A stretch of 64,000 nt of DNA. Source: Bdellovibrionales bacterium (lineage in GTDB: Bacteria; Bdellovibrionota; Bdellovibrionia; Bdellovibrionales; UBA1609). The stretch covers positions 1,344,001 to 1,408,000 of the forward strand of contig OZ241877.1 of NCBI GenBank assembly GCA_965203095.1. The letters are read 5' to 3'. Positions 60,467 through 64,000 of this stretch are shown here, in pieces. Under the pieces are notes generated by a model. That model was given only the letters and a program-made list of their open reading frames with translations. It did no database searches and was not told the origin of the DNA. The position numbers and the translations under genes are program-made. How positions within the stretch are numbered: the first letter of the stretch is position 1; every line of letters starts with the position of its first letter.

Positions 60467-61500
60467 GAGGGTTTTATTATCTTACTTTTCCTCTGTTTCC
60501 ATTGTTTTAAAGCCTGTTCTCGCAAGTCGGCCACAGAGTCCAACTCATCTACAATCTCAGTGCCTAAGATAGTCTCCACAACATCTTCCATAGAGACCAA
60601 ACCGGACAAAGATCCATATTCATCCACAACTAAAAAAATATGCTCCTTTCTGTTAATAAACTGATGGAGTGCGGCTGTGACAGAAATGCTCTCCGGCACA
60701 GTGTGAATGGGCTTTAAATAATTGTCTACAGTAATATTTTCATAAGATTGGGAACGAGCCTCTAAAATTTTATAGCGATGGACTAAGCCAATAATATGGT
60801 CTAAATCATCTTCATAAACAGGGATCCGGGCAAAACGGAGAGGCTGATATTTGTCTAAAATCTTTTTGACTGTCATTTTCCTCTCAAAAGCAGTGATCAC
60901 TGTTCGCGGAGTCATAATTTCAGAAACTTTTTTGCTTTTCAGCTTTAATATGTTTTGCACCAATTCCCCTTCATTTTTGTAAATAGCCCCTTCATTAACT
61001 CCCATTTTAGCGGCACCAATAATATCCTCTCTGGTAATATGGCGGGAGCGAACACGAAAAACCTTTTGCGTGAGCCGGGAGAGCCGGACAAAAGGATAAC
61101 AAAGCACAATAAAAACCTGAATGATATAAACAGAGGGGAATAAGAGATTTCGCCAGTAAGATGCCCCAAGGGTTTTGGGCAAAATTTCAGAAAAAATCAA
61201 AATCACAAGAGTCAAAATAATGGAAAACACTGTCACAAAATGGCTACCGTAAAGCTTGTGGGCCTGAGCACCCACCCCCACAGCCCCTAAAGTGTTGGCT
61301 ATGGTGTTGACTGTCAAAATGGCAGAAAGTGGGCGGGATATTTGATACTTCATCTTCTTCAGCAAAAGGGCTGAGCGAGTGCCTTGGCGGGAGAGATTTT
61401 CAATATGAGTGTAGCTGGCAGATAAAATTACAGACTCTAAAAGGCTACAGAGGAAGGATATAAAAACCGCCAGAGCAAAGAAAAATATAAGCAAAAACAC
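60463..61500 (-). CDS. CNNM (DUF21) plus CBS-domain protein
   Basis: SFLCSLLES, SEILPKT, IMTPR, VVDEYG. Confidence 0.9.
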   Translation of the reverse strand: MFLLIFFFALAVFISFLCSLLESVILSASYTHIENLSRQGTRSALLLKKMKYQISRPLSAILTVNTIANTLGAVGVGAQAHKLYGSHFVTVFSIILTLVILIFSEILPKTLGASYWRNLLFPSVYIIQVFIVLCYPFVRLSRLTQKVFRVRSRHITREDIIGAAKMGVNEGAIYKNEGELVQNILKLKSKKVSEIMTPRTVITAFERKMTVKKILDKYQPLRFARIPVYEDDLDHIIGLVHRYKILEARSQSYENITVDNYLKPIHTVPESISVTAALHQFINRKEHIFLVVDEYGSLSGLVSMEDVVETILGTEIVDELDSVADLREQALKQWKQRKSKIIKPS

Positions 61501-62050
61501 TAAAACTCCCTATACTGCCCGCTGACTTTTGAAAAAAGGCTTCTTCCTCTTAAAGTGGAAGACTTTAAAGGAGAGCTTAATGTGCCGACCCTTGCTTTTT
61601 CCCTAAAGATAGACGTTGCATAAAAACCAGTGGAATGAAAAATAAAAGGCTGGATAAAAAAATACAGTGAATTTTCAAACATAAAGCTATAGAGGGCCTT
61701 TCTCAGGCCATTTTCATCTGCTCCCTTGTGAAAATAAATAAAATAGAACTCAGGGGCTGAATCCCCGACGACTCTTCAGAACTTTCTTGAAACATATTTC
61801 TTTTATTAGATATAGCATAAAGAAAAAGGATTTTATAGACTTTTTTTGTTTTTTTTAAAAAAATTGCTAAAAAAACAGGATTTTATGATTTTTTAAGGCT
61901 TTAAACTCCTAAAACTACAGAATAATGCCTTTTGATAGGCTTTTTCACAGGCGACTAACTCAAACTATCCTTTTAACTTCTTTTGCCTTTGGGCAAAGAA
62001 ACTAAAGAATTGTCTATGAAAAAGCTCTGCCAAAAAGCATATTCTAAAAT

Positions 62051-62695
62051 TCAAGAAAAGAGGTTCTTAAAAAAACTTAAACCATCCTTTCCCCCCATAT
62101 CCTCTGCAATGGCCCGCTCTGGATGAGGCATAAGCCCTGTCACATTTCCTTCCTCATTCATAAGCCCTGCAATATGAGCTGTGGATCCGTTGGGGTTTTC
62201 CTTATAAGAAAGCCATATTTGCCCTTTATCTTGAAGTTTTTTTAAAATCGGCTCAGAGGCATAATATCGGCCCTCTCCATGGGCTATGGGGAGATGGATT
62301 TCTCCTTGGGGGGCTGGCCAAAAGGGGTTTAAACTTTCCACCCGCAAGGCCGACCATTCATCTATAAATCGCCCGGAGGCATTGGGCAAAAGAGCACCCT
62401 CAAGCAGGCGAGCGGAACACAAAATTTGAAAGCCATTGCATATACCTAACACCGGCCAGCCTTTTCGGCCCGCTCGAATCAAATCTCTCATCGCAGGGGA
62501 AAAACAAGCTAAAGCCCCAGCCCTTAAATAATCCCCATAAGAAAAGCCCCCAGGAATAACAAAAGCTTTATAATTTTTGACATCAATAGCCTCTGAACTA
62601 TGTAAAATCTCAGGATGAGCATTTTTTAAAGCCTTAAAAACATCCCGTTCACAGTTGCTTCCAGGGAATCGTAATATACCTACTTTTTTCATCAT
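62051..62695 (-). CDS. purQ: Phosphoribosylformylglycinamidine synthase subunit PurQ
   Basis: FPGSNC, PGGFSYGDYLRAG, GICNGFQIL, MPHPER. Confidence 0.95.
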   Translation of the reverse strand: MMKKVGILRFPGSNCERDVFKALKNAHPEILHSSEAIDVKNYKAFVIPGGFSYGDYLRAGALACFSPAMRDLIRAGRKGWPVLGICNGFQILCSARLLEGALLPNASGRFIDEWSALRVESLNPFWPAPQGEIHLPIAHGEGRYYASEPILKKLQDKGQIWLSYKENPNGSTAHIAGLMNEEGNVTGLMPHPERAIAEDMGGKDGLSFFKNLFS

Positions 62696-62711
62696 TATTT
62701 TTTAATAACTA

Positions 62712-62870
62712 ATTAACTGTGAAAAAGTCTACATTTAATAGATCGCATAAGCAAAAATCCATCTGGTTTGTGGGAAAAACACCTTGGACCATCACCGGAC
62801 GGCTTTTAGGCAAAAGCGATTGAAAAGCTTGTCCCCTGTGAAAGAAAATGTCTGTTTTATTTCGTGGGGA
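62712..62870. repeat. Modular repeat, chimeric/degenerate copy
   Basis: gtgaaaaagtctacatttaatagatcgcataagc...ccttggaccatcaccggacggcttttaggcaaaag. Confidence 0.75.
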
Positions 62871-62890
62871 GATACCTTCCATCAAGTTTT

Positions 62891-63502
62891 TTATGTAATT
62901 CCTCCAATGACTGTTCGGATAAAAAACTCCTTTATTTTAAAAGACCAATGCTTGAAATAGGATATGTTGTAGCATTGCCAGCGGGTTTTGTCCCAACCTA
63001 TTCGGACATAGCCCTCTGGCGGTTCTTTTTCAATCAGTGCAAAAAGAAAGGGGAAATTGTAAGGGACAAACATATCATTGTTAAAATTTTTATTAAAATC
63101 TTCAGGATGAAGGTAATAAACATAAGAATGAGTTAAAACCCTGGTTTTTATATGAAAGCGAAAAACATCAAAAATCTCCCTATAAAAACCCCTCTGCTTT
63201 CTTGCAGTGGTAAGATAGCTGTTGGATATAATCCCTTCTTCTTTATTGAATTTTAAACCTATAGCTTTACCAAAATGAGAAAAGCCCGCCCTATATCCTT
63301 GGCTTGTTTTTTCATAATAAAAAGGCCGATCAAAATAATTAAACTTCCCGTCAAAAGGACGGTGAGGGTCAATGGCTTTATTTATATCACCTTTTATCAT
63401 ATCACAAAAAAAGTATTTTTTGTCATAATCTTCCTCTGCATAAGAGAAGAAAGTAAAAAATAAAAAAAATATTTTTACCATTACTTGTTTTTTTAAAATC
63501 AT
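62891..63502 (-). CDS. Hypothetical secreted protein
   Basis: Signal-like IFFLFFTFFSYA; no recognised motif. Confidence 0.55.
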   Translation of the reverse strand: MILKKQVMVKIFFLFFTFFSYAEEDYDKKYFFCDMIKGDINKAIDPHRPFDGKFNYFDRPFYYEKTSQGYRAGFSHFGKAIGLKFNKEEGIISNSYLTTARKQRGFYREIFDVFRFHIKTRVLTHSYVYYLHPEDFNKNFNNDMFVPYNFPFLFALIEKEPPEGYVRIGWDKTRWQCYNISYFKHWSFKIKEFFIRTVIGGIT

Positions 63503-63523
63503 TTTTAGACAATGTCAATTTCT

Positions 63524-64000
63524 TTATTTTTTAGAGGAGTTAGAAAAATGTTTCCGGATCCGTTGGGCTAAAGTTTTTGAGATAAAACTTAATTTAGAAA
63601 GTTCTTTTTCACTCTGTTTTTTTAAGGCTGAAAGAGAACCAAATTGCCTTAACAAACTCGCTTTGATATTGGGACTTAAGCCTTTAATGGAATCCAAACC
63701 TCCTTTTAAAAACATTTTCCTCCTTCTTTTTCTATGAGTTTTTATGGCCATGCGATGGGCCTCATCCCTTAAATGCAAGAGGATAGAAAAGGCTTTAGAT
63801 TGAGGGGGGAACAGCACAGGGTTTTTTCGCCCCAATAAATAAAACCTCTCTCCGGAAGACAAAGCTTTAGTATGGTAAGTGCCTTTGTTTTTTATTTTGT
63901 CCTTAGCTAAAGAGGCCAAGGCAATGCCTTTTCGCCCCACTTCCCTTAAAACTTTTTTTGCCACTTGAAGTTGCCCCTTCCCGCCGTCAATAAGAATTAG
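63524..64000 (-). CDS. uvrC: Excinuclease ABC subunit C, C-terminal part (runs off the window end)
   Basis: LILIDGGKGQL, LRDEAHR.A, HhH motifs. Confidence 0.9.
   Translation of the reverse strand, partial: LILIDGGKGQLQVAKKVLREVGRKGIALASLAKDKIKNKGTYHTKALSSGERFYLLGRKNPVLFPPQSKAFSILLHLRDEAHRMAIKTHRKRRRKMFLKGGLDSIKGLSPNIKASLLRQFGSLSALKKQSEKELSKLSFISKTLAQRIRKHFSNSSKK

Noticed and set aside
61500..61795. Possible frameshifted small gene upstream of the CNNM gene
   Set aside because: Joining the two short frames needs an indel and yields no recognisable motif
18117..62870. Repeats as a CRISPR array or integron attC array
   Set aside because: Dispersed in both orientations among core genes; no regular spacers, cas genes, intI or RYYYAAC/GTTRRRY boxes seen

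Overview
AT-rich bacterial chromosome segment. Gene content and order (miaB-DUF151-like-rpoH-like, clpP-clpX, caa3-type oxidase cluster, stand-alone atpBE, gspCDEF, rpsU-yqeY-dnaG-rpoD) suggest Bdellovibrionota, possibly host-associated (inference only). Most of 20.7-64 kb is housekeeping. The region from about 2.7 to 20.6 kb around tRNA-Ala is accessory and rich in defence genes: an orphan RpnS-like fragment, an ABC-ATPase/TOPRIM (PARIS-like) pair, an orphan AbiEi-like regulator, an intact IS1634-family element with an 84-bp target duplication, an SDH/ClpP-fold protease with a 59-aa upstream partner, a truncated IetA-like ATPase, a HEPN/AbiJ-like gene, two lipoproteins, a TIR (ThsB-like) gene with an uncharacterised partner, and a two-gene RM+S restriction system. 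Non-coding structure not explained by the genes: (i) a dispersed modular repeat family with short terminal inverted repeats and a covarying hairpin that keeps a conserved loop and a bulged base; (ii) two homologous ~75-bp elements in inverted orientation heading the two divergent defence gene runs; (iii) a 17-bp direct repeat bracketing a metalloprotease gene and apparently displacing the neighbour's C-terminus; (iv) a consensus promoter with no ORF behind it. All family calls are from motif recognition; no searches were run.
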